A stretch of DNA of 35,109 nt, taken from UHGV virus genome UHGV-0192935. One strand, written 5' to 3'. The translations under genes were made by a program, and so were the position numbers. Origin of the DNA: a virus. The notes under the pieces were generated by a model. That model saw nothing but the letters and a program-made list of their open reading frames with translations. It did no database searches and was not told the origin of the DNA. Of this stretch, positions 8,589 to 16,948 are shown piece by piece (position 1 is the stretch's first letter; the number at the start of each line of letters is the position of its first letter).

Positions 8589-9011
8589 ATGCAGCATGAT
8601 TTATTTGAACACGATCCGGCAATTCGCCAGTTAATCGGGCATATTGATAACATCCCGGCCCCGGAACTGGAATCACGCTGGCCCCGTTCGGTGGTTGATC
8701 TGATTGATGTTCTGGAAAACGAACTGAAACGCCAGAACGTCAGCAATCCCCGTGAGCTTGCCCGTAAACAGGCCGTTGCCCTGTCCTGTTTTCTGGGCGG
8801 ACGGCAGTTTTATATCCCCTGCGGCGATACTATCCTGACCGCGTTACGCGACGATTTGCTTTACTGCCAGTTCAATGGTCGTAACATGGAAGAACTGCGT
8901 CGCCAGTACCGCCTGTCCCAGCCGCAGATCTACCAGATTATTGCCCGCCAGAGAAAGCTGCATACACGGCGTCATCAGCCTGATCTGTTCTCACCTGAAA
9001 GCCAGAAATAA
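8589..9011 (+). CDS. C: C, late-gene transcription activator (Mor/C family)
   Basis: 140 aa, paralogous to Mor (shared C-terminal HTH pattern ...FNGRN..EL...Y..S....Y.I.R). GGGGG SD. Confidence 0.9.
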   Translation: MQHDLFEHDPAIRQLIGHIDNIPAPELESRWPRSVVDLIDVLENELKRQNVSNPRELARKQAVALSCFLGGRQFYIPCGDTILTALRDDLLYCQFNGRNMEELRRQYRLSQPQIYQIIARQRKLHTRRHQPDLFSPESQK

Positions 9012-9031
9012 CCGGCATCCTGCCGGTTATT
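9010..9031 (+). terminator. Hairpin after C (possible middle-transcript terminator or attenuator)
   Basis: aaccggca-tcc-tgccggtt overlapping the C stop, followed by a weak T-rich tail (atttcc). Confidence 0.45.
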
Positions 9032-9034
9032 TCC

Positions 9035-9102
9035 TGTCACCATAATCCCGCACCTGTCACCTGATTTTTTAGACTGCCATCAGAGCATTTTTTCAGGGAA
9101 GC
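9035..9102 (+). promoter_or_regulatory. Plys, C-dependent late promoter region (candidate)
   Basis: Motif ccataatccc (9040-9049), a T6 run (9065-9070) and tagact, arranged like the Pmom region (ccccaataacc, T6, taagat). Lies 63 nt upstream of lys. Confidence 0.5.
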
Positions 9103-9621
9103 ATGATGGCGGGGATACCAAAAAAACTGAAAGCCGCACTGCTGGCGGCAACGATTGCCGGTGGTGGTGTGGGTGGTTATCAGGAAATGACCCGTCAGTC
9201 TCTGATCCACCTGGAAAATATCGCTTATATGCCTTACCGCGATATTGCCGGTGTGCTTACGGTCTGTGTGGGACATACCGGGCCGGATATCGAAATGCGC
9301 CGTTACAGCCATGCGGAGTGTATGGCTCTCCTCGACAGTGATTTAAAACCGGTTTATGCGGCAATCGATCGTCTTGTCAGGGTGCCGCTGACGCCATATC
9401 AGAAAACGGCGCTGGCAACGTTTATTTTCAACACCGGTGTTACCGCATTCAGTAAATCAACGCTGCTGAAAAAACTCAATGCCGGTGATTACGCCGGAGC
9501 GCGTGACCAGATGGCCCGCTGGGTGTTTGCCGCAGGCCATAAATGGAAAGGACTGATGAACCGTCGCGAAGTGGAAATGGCAATCTGGAATATCAGGGGG
9601 GCGGATGACCTTCGCCAGTAA
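9103..9621 (+). CDS. lys: Endolysin, SAR-type true lysozyme (T4-lysozyme-like)
   Basis: 172 aa. N-terminal Gly/Ala-rich weak hydrophobic segment LKAALLAATIAGGGVGGY (signal-anchor-release type). Catalytic E-x8-D-x5-T triad visible (LENIAYMPYRDIAGVLT). Confidence 0.9.
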   Translation: MMAGIPKKLKAALLAATIAGGGVGGYQEMTRQSLIHLENIAYMPYRDIAGVLTVCVGHTGPDIEMRRYSHAECMALLDSDLKPVYAAIDRLVRVPLTPYQKTALATFIFNTGVTAFSKSTLLKKLNAGDYAGARDQMARWVFAAGHKWKGLMNRREVEMAIWNIRGADDLRQ

Positions 9622-9991
9622 AAGTTTACTGCTGGCAGCCGTGTTTACCGCCGTTCTGTCCGGGGTGTTGTGGCACAGGCTGGACAGCACCCGCCACGAT
9701 AACCAGACGCTGCGCCGTGAATTACAAACGGAGCAACAGGCCCGCCACACGGCTGAATGGTTGTTACACGGTCAGGAACAGACGATGCAGGTATTTTCCG
9801 CTATCCGTGCCGCAAATCGTGCCGCACGGCTGGCAGATGAGACAGAACATCATGATGCAAAAGAAAAAATTACAACCGCCATTACTGGTGACAATTGCAG
9901 CACTCGTCCTGTGCCTGCCGTTGCTGCTGACAGGTTGCGGGAACTCGAAAAACGCACCCGTGCCATCGGTGGTGATCCTGCCCGAAACTGA
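9605..9991 (+). CDS. i-spanin-like protein (Rz equivalent, Mu gp23)
   Basis: 128 aa. N-terminal TM segment LLLAAVFTAVLSGVLW followed by a charged coiled-coil-like periplasmic region. Overlaps the lys end. Confidence 0.6.
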   Translation: MTFASKSLLLAAVFTAVLSGVLWHRLDSTRHDNQTLRRELQTEQQARHTAEWLLHGQEQTMQVFSAIRAANRAARLADETEHHDAKEKITTAITGDNCSTRPVPAVAADRLRELEKRTRAIGGDPARN

Positions 9992-10193
9992 TGCAGAACT
10001 GACGGAAGCAACGCCCGTTCCGCCCATGCCACAGCCCCTGACGTGGGGAGCATCCCTTCTCTGGAATGCTGACCTGTTGATGGCGCTCGGGCAGTGCAAC
10101 CGCGACAAGGCATCAGTCCGGGAACAGGAGACCCGAAGGAAAGAAATTTATGAACGAAGACCAGAACCGGGCGGTGGCGCTGCTGCTCGCTGA
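9852..10193 (+). CDS. o-spanin-like outer-membrane lipoprotein (Rz1 equivalent), overlapped with the i-spanin gene
   Basis: Internal ATG at 9852 (track ORF 9717..10193). Signal peptide with lipobox LLTGC, then a Pro-rich mature region. Starts inside the i-spanin gene in another frame and extends beyond it. Confidence 0.55.
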   Translation: MMQKKKLQPPLLVTIAALVLCLPLLLTGCGNSKNAPVPSVVILPETDAELTEATPVPPMPQPLTWGASLLWNADLLMALGQCNRDKASVREQETRRKEIYERRPEPGGGAAAR

Positions 10194-10344
10194 ACTCTGG
10201 CAGGGGGATACCCGTGATATTCCCCGCCCGGCGGCGTATGACCCGCCTGTATTGTGTGCCGGTTGCGGTCGTGAGCTGCGGCCTGATGTGCTGAGACAGC
10301 AGCCGATGGCGAACTACTGCCACTGGTGCCGTGGAGCAGAATAA
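10150..10344 (+). CDS. Small Cys-pair protein (64 aa)
   Basis: CAGC ... CHWC pairs. AGGAA-type SD region. Confidence 0.55.
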   Translation: MNEDQNRAVALLLAELWQGDTRDIPRPAAYDPPVLCAGCGRELRPDVLRQQPMANYCHWCRGAE

Positions 10345-10643
10345 TGGATTTGATTTCAGTTTTAGCGTTATGGCCTTACCTGTTGCCTGTTGTGGCCGGT
10401 GGGGCCGTCTGGGCGATGCGTCGTAGTTTTGCCAGCACCGAGCGTGTGGAGCGTCTTGAAAACCGGATGACCGAAATGGAAACCCGCTACGCCAGCATCC
10501 CTGGCACAGAAGATGTACACGAAATGCGCCTGCGAATTGCAGAGCTGTCCGGCGATATCCGGGTGCTGTCCCAGCGGGTGCAGTCATTTTCCCATCAACT
10601 GGAGCTGCTGCTTGAAAACGCAGTAAACCGGAGTAATTCATGA
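10344..10643 (+). CDS. Small membrane protein (99 aa), possible lysis accessory
   Basis: ATG at 10344 overlaps the upstream TAA. N-terminal TM segment LISVLALWPYLLPVVAGGAVWAM, then a coiled-coil-like region. Confidence 0.6.
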   Translation: MDLISVLALWPYLLPVVAGGAVWAMRRSFASTERVERLENRMTEMETRYASIPGTEDVHEMRLRIAELSGDIRVLSQRVQSFSHQLELLLENAVNRSNS

Positions 10644-10930
10644 TTAACGATATTCTGACCGAAGACCGTCGTCTGGTCATCCTGCGTTCCCTGATGGACT
10701 GCAATAACGAAGCAAACGAATCCATCCTTCAGGACTGTCTGGATGCATACGGACACAACGTTTCCCGCGATGTGGTTCGCGGCCAGATTGACTGGCTGGC
10801 AGAGCAGCAACTGGTCACCGTGGAAAACCTGCGCGGCTTTTATGTCGTAACGCTGACCTCCCGAGGTCAGGATGTGGCAGAAGGCCGTGCCCGCGTTGCC
10901 GGTGTCAAGCGTCCTCGTCCCCGTGCATGA
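10640..10930 (+). CDS. Hypothetical late protein (96 aa)
   Basis: ATGA overlap with the upstream stop. Basic C-terminus. Confidence 0.6.
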   Translation: MINDILTEDRRLVILRSLMDCNNEANESILQDCLDAYGHNVSRDVVRGQIDWLAEQQLVTVENLRGFYVVTLTSRGQDVAEGRARVAGVKRPRPRA

Positions 10931-10941
10931 CAGGAGGCGTG

Positions 10942-11517
10942 ATGGACAGGAAAACACGGGGCCGGGCTTCAAAAGTGGATTTACTGCCGGAAAACGTACG
11001 TAAAACGCTGCATGAAATGCTGCGTGATAAAGCGATCCCACAGGCCCGCATTCTGGAAGAAATTAACGCACTGATTGAAGACGCAGGCCTGCCGGATGAG
11101 ATGAAACTCTCCCGTTCCGGTCTGAACCGTTACGCGACGAACGTCGAGCAGGTAGGCCATAACCTGCGACAGATGCGTGAAATGACGTCAGCACTGACCG
11201 CAGAACTTGGCGACAAGCCAATGGGCGAAACCACAAAGCTGATTCTGGAAATGGCCCGCAGCCAGCTTTTTAAGGCCATGATGCGGCAAATCGAAAACCC
11301 GGAATCTGACGTGGATATTGACCTGCTGAAAAATGCCATGCTGGCGGCACAGCGTCTGGAATCCACGGCAATGTCCAGCCACCGGCGCGAGAAAGAAATC
11401 CGCCAGGCGTTCGCAGAAGAAGCGGCAAACGCTGTCAGTGAAGAACTGCGCGGGCAGGATGGCATCAGCGAAGAACTGGAGCAGCGCATCCGTGATGTAC
11501 TGCTGGGGAAAGCGTAG
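10942..11517 (+). CDS. D: Mu gp27-like DNA-binding protein, probable terminase small subunit
   Basis: AGGAGG (10932-10937) then ATG at 10942, in frame with the track start 10927. Basic N-terminus, acidic C-terminus. Precedes the large terminase. The TerS role and the gene letter D are assigned from memory of Mu, with uncertainty. Confidence 0.65.
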   Translation: MDRKTRGRASKVDLLPENVRKTLHEMLRDKAIPQARILEEINALIEDAGLPDEMKLSRSGLNRYATNVEQVGHNLRQMREMTSALTAELGDKPMGETTKLILEMARSQLFKAMMRQIENPESDVDIDLLKNAMLAAQRLESTAMSSHRREKEIRQAFAEEAANAVSEELRGQDGISEELEQRIRDVLLGKA

Positions 11518-11791
11518 GCGTTACGTTATGAAAAATAATTACAAAGCACAGCTAATCAGTGCCCATAAAAAAGCCTTCAGGATTGCAACATTGTCTGATG
11601 TCCGGTTGATACACCAGATTCGGGATGTGCTTGTTCAGGCCATGGCTTCAGGCAATTCATGGCATACCACCATAAAGCAACTAAGGATGTTGTCCTGAGG
11701 AGATGAAAATGGCGGATGCCCGGCGACGGCAGGTCAGGTGATCGGTTGTTCCTGGATTCGCCGGTAACGTTTTACACCGGATTTTTCACCC

Positions 11792-13447
11792 ATGAGCACC
11801 AGAGAAAGCAAACTTAAAGCCCTTCATGCCCCCCGAAAAATCGACCTGCGTAAGGAAGCCGAACTGCTGGGCGTGAATATCGTGACCGATATCGGGGAAG
11901 CACAGCCCCGCAATGAACCGGTTTTTCTGGGCTATCAGCGCCGCTGGTTTGAGGATGAAAGCCAGATTTGTATTGCTGAAAAATCCCGTCGTACCGGTCT
12001 GACATGGGCCGAAGCGGGCCGCAATGTCATGACGGCAGCAAAGCCGCGTCGCCGTGGCGGTCGCAACGTTTTTTATGTGGGTTCCCGTCAGGAAATGGCG
12101 CTGGAATACATTGCCGCCTGTGCCCTGTTTGCCCGCGCCTTTAACCAACTGGCAAAGGCTGACGTATGGGAGCAGACCTTCTGGGACAGCGACAAAAAAG
12201 AAGAAATCCTCACTTATATGATCCGTTTCCCTAACAGCGGATTTAAGGTGCAGGCGCTGTCAAGCCGTCCGTCTAACCTGCGTGGTTTGCAGGGAGACGT
12301 GGTGATTGATGAGGCGGCATTTCATGAAGCCCTGGACGAACTCCTGAAAGCGGCTTTTGCTCTCACCATGTGGGGTGCCCGCGTGCGGATCATATCGACA
12401 CATAACGGCGTCGATAACCTGTTTAACCAGTACATTCAGGATGCGCGCGAGGGGCGCAAGGATTACAGCGTTCACCGCATCACGCTGGATGATGCCATCG
12501 CTGACGGGTTGTACCGACGTATCTGTTACGTCACGAATCAGCCGTGGTCGCCGGAAGCGGAAAAAGCCTGGCGTGATGGCCTGTACCGGAATGCGCCGAA
12601 TAAAGAGAGTGCCGACGAGGAATACGGCTGCATTCCCAAAAAATCCGGGGGCGCTTATCTGTCACGCGTGCTGATTGAAGCCGCCATGACGCCAGTGCGG
12701 GATATCCCGATTCTGCGTTTTGAAGCCCCGGACGATTTTGAATCGCTGACACCACAAATGCGCCACGGCATCGTTCAGGACTGGTGTGAACAGGAGCTGC
12801 TCCCGTTGCTCGATGCGCTGTCGCCGCTCAATAAACACGTACTGGGCGAAGACTTTGCACGCCGTGGCGACCTGACGGTGTTTGTGCCGCTTGCCATCAC
12901 TCCTGACTTACGCAAACGCGAATGTTTCCGCGTGGAGCTGCGTAATGTGACCTATGACCAGCAGCGACAAATCCTTTTATTCATTCTGTCCCGTTTGCCC
13001 CGTTTTACCGGCGCTGCATTTGATGCCACCGGTAACGGCGGTTATCTGGCAGAAGCCGCCCGTCTGATTTATGGCCCGGAGATGATCGACTGCATCAGTC
13101 TGACCGCCGCCTGGTATCAGGAGTGGATGCCGAAACTGAAAGGCGAGTTTGAAGCGCAGAACATCACGATTGCCCGGCATCAGACCACACTCGATGACCT
13201 GCTTCATATCAAGGTGGACAAAGGTATTCCGCAGATTGATAAGGGGCGCACAAAAGATGAAAGCGGTAAAGGCCGACGACATGGTGACTTTGCCGTGGCG
13301 CTCTGTATGGCTGTCAGGGCGTCTTATATGAATGGTTTTGTTATCGACGAGGACAGCATACAGGCGCTGCCACCACGCCACCGTGGTGATGATGTTGATA
13401 ACGATGATTTTGATGATTATCACCAGTTTGAACGAGGGGGCTGGTAA
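11792..13447 (+). CDS. E: Terminase large subunit (Mu gp28-like)
   Basis: 551 aa, at the Mu position between gp27 and the portal. No obvious SD before the ATG. Confidence 0.8.
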   Translation: MSTRESKLKALHAPRKIDLRKEAELLGVNIVTDIGEAQPRNEPVFLGYQRRWFEDESQICIAEKSRRTGLTWAEAGRNVMTAAKPRRRGGRNVFYVGSRQEMALEYIAACALFARAFNQLAKADVWEQTFWDSDKKEEILTYMIRFPNSGFKVQALSSRPSNLRGLQGDVVIDEAAFHEALDELLKAAFALTMWGARVRIISTHNGVDNLFNQYIQDAREGRKDYSVHRITLDDAIADGLYRRICYVTNQPWSPEAEKAWRDGLYRNAPNKESADEEYGCIPKKSGGAYLSRVLIEAAMTPVRDIPILRFEAPDDFESLTPQMRHGIVQDWCEQELLPLLDALSPLNKHVLGEDFARRGDLTVFVPLAITPDLRKRECFRVELRNVTYDQQRQILLFILSRLPRFTGAAFDATGNGGYLAEAARLIYGPEMIDCISLTAAWYQEWMPKLKGEFEAQNITIARHQTTLDDLLHIKVDKGIPQIDKGRTKDESGKGRRHGDFAVALCMAVRASYMNGFVIDEDSIQALPPRHRGDDVDNDDFDDYHQFERGGW

Positions 13448-14985
13448 TGGGCCGTATTCTGGATATTTCCGGGCAGCCGTTTGATTTTGACGATGAAATG
13501 CAGACCCGCAGCGATGAGCTGGCAATGGTCATGAAGCGTACGCAGGAGCATCCTTCCAGTGGTGTGACGCCGAACCGGGCCGCGCAGATGCTGCGTGATG
13601 CCGAACGCGGTGATCTGACCGCACAGGCTGACCTGGCCTTTGATATGGAAGAAAAGGACACCCACCTTTTTTCCGAACTGAGCAAGCGCCGCCTTGCCAT
13701 TCAGGCGCTGGAATGGCGCATCGCTCCGGCACGTGATGCCAGCGCACAGGAGAAAAAAGACGCCGACATGCTGAATGAATATCTGCATGATGCGGCGTGG
13801 TTTGAAGATGCCCTGTTTGATGCCGGTGATGCCATTCTCAAGGGTTATTCCATGCAGGAGATTGAATGGGGCTGGCTGGGCAAAATGCGCGTGCCGGTGG
13901 CGCTGCATCATCGCGATCCGGCGCTGTTCTGCGCGAACCCCGATAATCTGAACGAATTACGTCTGCGTGATACGTCTTATCACGGGCTGGAGCTGCAACC
14001 GTTCGGCTGGTTTATGCACCGGGCCAAATCCCGCACCGGGTACGTTGGCACCAATGGCCTTGTGCGCACGCTTATCTGGCCTTTTATTTTTAAAAACTAT
14101 TCCGTGCGTGATTTTGCAGAGTTTCTGGAAATTTACGGACTTCCCATGCGCGTCGGTAAATATCCGACCGGCTCCACGAACCGTGAGAAAGCCACGCTGA
14201 TGCAGGCCGTGATGGATATCGGGCGACGTGCCGGTGGCATTATTCCGATGGGGATGACGCTGGATTTTCAGAGCGCCGCAGATGGTCAGTCAGACCCCTT
14301 TATGGCGATGATTGGCTGGGCAGAAAAAGCGATTTCAAAAGCCATTCTGGGCGGCACCCTGACCACAGAGGCTGGCGATAAAGGTGCACGGTCGCTGGGT
14401 GAAGTGCATGATGAGGTTCGCCGGGAAATCCGTAACGCGGATGTGGGCCAGCTTGCCCGCAGTATTAACCGTGACCTGATTTATCCCCTGCTGGCACTGA
14501 ACAGTGACAGCACCATTGATATTAACCGCCTGCCGGGCATTGTGTTTGATACCAGTGAAGCGGGTGATATTACGGCACTGTCTGACGCCATTCCGAAACT
14601 GGCGGCGGGAATGCGTATTCCGGTCTCCTGGATACAGGAAAAACTCCATATTCCACAGCCGGTCGGTGATGAAGCCGTGTTTACTGCTCAACCGGTCGTC
14701 ATGGATAACGGTCCGCAGAAAGAGGCCGCATTATCCGCTGAAGATATCCCGCAGGAGGATGATATCGACCGGATGGGCCTCTCACCGGAAGACTGGCAGC
14801 GTTCGGTTGATCCCCTGCTGAAACCCGTCATTTTTTCTGTGCTGAAAGATGGCCCGGAAGCCGCCATGAACAAAGCTGCTTCATTATATCCGCAGATGGA
14901 TGATGCAGAACTTATCGACATGCTGACCCGTGCCATTTTTGTTGCCGATATATGGGGGCGTCTGGATGCCGCAGCAGACCATTGA
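13447..14985 (+). CDS. H: Portal protein (Mu gp29 / H)
   Basis: 512 aa. ATG overlaps the terminase stop. Length and position match the Mu portal. Confidence 0.85.
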   Translation: MGRILDISGQPFDFDDEMQTRSDELAMVMKRTQEHPSSGVTPNRAAQMLRDAERGDLTAQADLAFDMEEKDTHLFSELSKRRLAIQALEWRIAPARDASAQEKKDADMLNEYLHDAAWFEDALFDAGDAILKGYSMQEIEWGWLGKMRVPVALHHRDPALFCANPDNLNELRLRDTSYHGLELQPFGWFMHRAKSRTGYVGTNGLVRTLIWPFIFKNYSVRDFAEFLEIYGLPMRVGKYPTGSTNREKATLMQAVMDIGRRAGGIIPMGMTLDFQSAADGQSDPFMAMIGWAEKAISKAILGGTLTTEAGDKGARSLGEVHDEVRREIRNADVGQLARSINRDLIYPLLALNSDSTIDINRLPGIVFDTSEAGDITALSDAIPKLAAGMRIPVSWIQEKLHIPQPVGDEAVFTAQPVVMDNGPQKEAALSAEDIPQEDDIDRMGLSPEDWQRSVDPLLKPVIFSVLKDGPEAAMNKAASLYPQMDDAELIDMLTRAIFVADIWGRLDAAADH

Positions 14986-16285
14986 TCTGGCGTATGCCGC
15001 ACGCCTCCCGCCAAAGGAGGCTGTCGCGTATTTCCGCGCCAAAGGCTACAACATCACCTGGAACTGGTACGAACAACTGGCAGACGCGCACGCCCGCGCC
15101 TTTACCGTTGCCAAAGCCACCCGGATGGATGTACTGACCACAATCCGTGAGGAAGTGGAGCGGGCTGTCAGTGAAGGCATCACCCGTGAGGAATTTACCC
15201 GCACACTGGCCCCCCGGCTGCAAAAACTCGGATGGTGGGGAAAACAAATCATCGTGGATGCAGACGGAAACGCAAAGGTAATCGAGCTGGGCAGTCCGCG
15301 TCGTCTGGCAACCATTTATAACGTCAATACCCGTACGGCGTATGGGGCAGGACGTTATGCGCAGATGATGAATACCGCCGATTTGTACCCGTACTGGCAG
15401 TACGTTGCCGTTATGGATGGCAGAACACGCCCGGAACATGCGCGGCTGCACAATATGGTTTTCAGGTATGACGACATTTTCTGGCAGACGCATTACCCGC
15501 CCAATGGCTGGAACTGCCGCTGTCGCGTCCGGGCGCTGTCTGCGGCCCGCATGAAAGAGCTGGGGTTACAGGTCAGTTATGGTGCGTCATTCATGAATAC
15601 CCGCGAAGTGGATGCCGGTACGGATGAAAGCACCGGCGAGATTTTCCGCACATCGTCAACCACGTTTGACAACGGTCGGGTAAAAATGACGCCGGATGTG
15701 GGCTGGTCATATAACCCCGGTTCGGCGGCATTTGGTACGGATCAGGCACTGATACGAAAACTGGTGGAAATTCACGACGCGCAGCTGCGTGAGCAGGTTG
15801 TGCAGACGCTGAATAACAGCCGGGAGCGTCAGCTTGCTTTTTCCCTCTGGCTTAAACGTCTGGCGAAATCACGCCGGGCCGGACATGAGGTCCGTGCGCT
15901 GGGGTTTATGACGGGATCCGTGGCGGAGGCCGTATATCAGCGCACCGGGAATATGCCAGCCCGTCTGCTTGTAATGAATGGAAAAAGTCTGGCGACCACT
16001 GCTGATGCCGCCCTGAAACCGGAAGATTTACAGCATCTGCCGTCGCTGATGGCAAAACCACAGGCGGTATTGTGGGACAGGGAGAACCACCAGTTGCTGT
16101 ATGTTGTGGCAACCCGCGACGGCACTGCAAAAGTTGTGGTCAGAACATCACAGACAGTCGGCAGGCAGAATGACCGGGCGGATGTGCTGGTCAGTATCAG
16201 CCGCGTATCTGCACAGTCGCTTGAAGCCGCGATTGCTGACGGGATGATTGACATACTGGAGGGGCATGTGGAGGTGAATAAGTGA
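14966..16285 (+). CDS. F: Head morphogenesis protein F (Mu gp30-like)
   Basis: ATG at 14966 with GGGGG 7 nt upstream. The track ORF begins at GTG 14930 in the same frame. Confidence 0.8.
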   Translation: MPQQTIDLAYAARLPPKEAVAYFRAKGYNITWNWYEQLADAHARAFTVAKATRMDVLTTIREEVERAVSEGITREEFTRTLAPRLQKLGWWGKQIIVDADGNAKVIELGSPRRLATIYNVNTRTAYGAGRYAQMMNTADLYPYWQYVAVMDGRTRPEHARLHNMVFRYDDIFWQTHYPPNGWNCRCRVRALSAARMKELGLQVSYGASFMNTREVDAGTDESTGEIFRTSSTTFDNGRVKMTPDVGWSYNPGSAAFGTDQALIRKLVEIHDAQLREQVVQTLNNSRERQLAFSLWLKRLAKSRRAGHEVRALGFMTGSVAEAVYQRTGNMPARLLVMNGKSLATTADAALKPEDLQHLPSLMAKPQAVLWDRENHQLLYVVATRDGTAKVVVRTSQTVGRQNDRADVLVSISRVSAQSLEAAIADGMIDILEGHVEVNK

Positions 16286-16752
16286 GTCTTGATATGAACG
16301 TTGCCGTGGATGTGCGACGTATTCAGCTTGCGCTGGATGAACTGGGAACCGTCACACGTGACCGCGTCATTCCCCGTGTGATGGCTGCGGCGCTGCTGTC
16401 ATCCACGGAACAGGCATTTGAACGGCAGGCAGACCCGGATACAGGGAAAGGCTGGGAAGCGTGGAGCGATTCGTGGCTGGCATGGCGTCAGGATCATGGT
16501 TTTGTTCCGGGCAGTATCCTTACCCTGCATGGCGATCTGGCACGCAGCATTACCACCGATTATGGACAGGATTATGCCCTGATTGGTTCGCCAAAAATTT
16601 ATTCTGCCATTCATCAGTGGGGCGGTACACCCGATATGGCACCCCGCCCGGCAGGCGTTCCTGCGCGTCCTTATATGGGGCTGGATAAGACCGGGGAACA
16701 GGAAATTTTTGATGCCATCAGAAAACGCGTCAGCGCCGCTCTGAGGCAATAA
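16282..16752 (+). CDS. G: Virion morphogenesis protein G (Mu gp31-like)
   Basis: 156 aa. GTG at 16282 preceded by GGAGG; alternative ATG at 16294. Confidence 0.75.
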   Translation: MSLDMNVAVDVRRIQLALDELGTVTRDRVIPRVMAAALLSSTEQAFERQADPDTGKGWEAWSDSWLAWRQDHGFVPGSILTLHGDLARSITTDYGQDYALIGSPKIYSAIHQWGGTPDMAPRPAGVPARPYMGLDKTGEQEIFDAIRKRVSAALRQ

Positions 16753-16948
16753 ACAGAATCAGGCATAAAATCAGCCGCACAGATTTTTTAAAACGCGCCA
16801 CGGGATTTTTAAACCGGTATTTAACGGTGTATGAATCCCGTTTTATCTTCCTTCCACTTTCTTTCTCCAGTACTCAAATAGCATAACCCCAGATTTTCCC
16901 GCACCTCCCGCAAACTGACTGCTCACAAACCATGATGAGCAGCAGGAC
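16753..16948 (+). promoter_or_regulatory. G-I intergenic region: late promoter PI (candidate) and expected location of the central strong gyrase site
   Basis: The only sizeable (196 bp) non-coding gap in the structural block. Contains gcataacccc-agattttccc (16881-16900), related to the Plys and Pmom motifs, 67 nt before the I start. The gyrase-site location is from Mu biology, not directly readable. Confidence 0.5.

Noticed and set aside
8107-8676. 189-aa - strand ORF spanning the whole mor-C gap
   Set aside because: It would read through the early terminator hairpin and into both the mor and C coding sequences; no SD. The + strand features explain the region better.
9850-10725. 291-aa ORF on the - strand across the spanin and small lysis genes
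   Set aside because: Antisense to four coupled + strand genes; composition is Arg/Ser/Pro/Ala-rich and low-complexity as expected for antisense of GC-rich coding; no start context.
11333-11698. 121-aa + strand ORF overlapping the 3' half of gp27 in another frame
   Set aside because: The first two thirds is an out-of-frame overlap with the well-supported gp27 gene. Only the distal 56 codons (from ATG 11528) lie in the spacer; that shorter version is reported under the terminase-spacer finding.
14930-14966. GTG 14930 as the start of gene F
   Set aside because: ATG 14966 in the same frame has a G-rich SD at the right spacing and gives a shorter overlap with the portal gene. It is kept as an alternative in the feature evidence.
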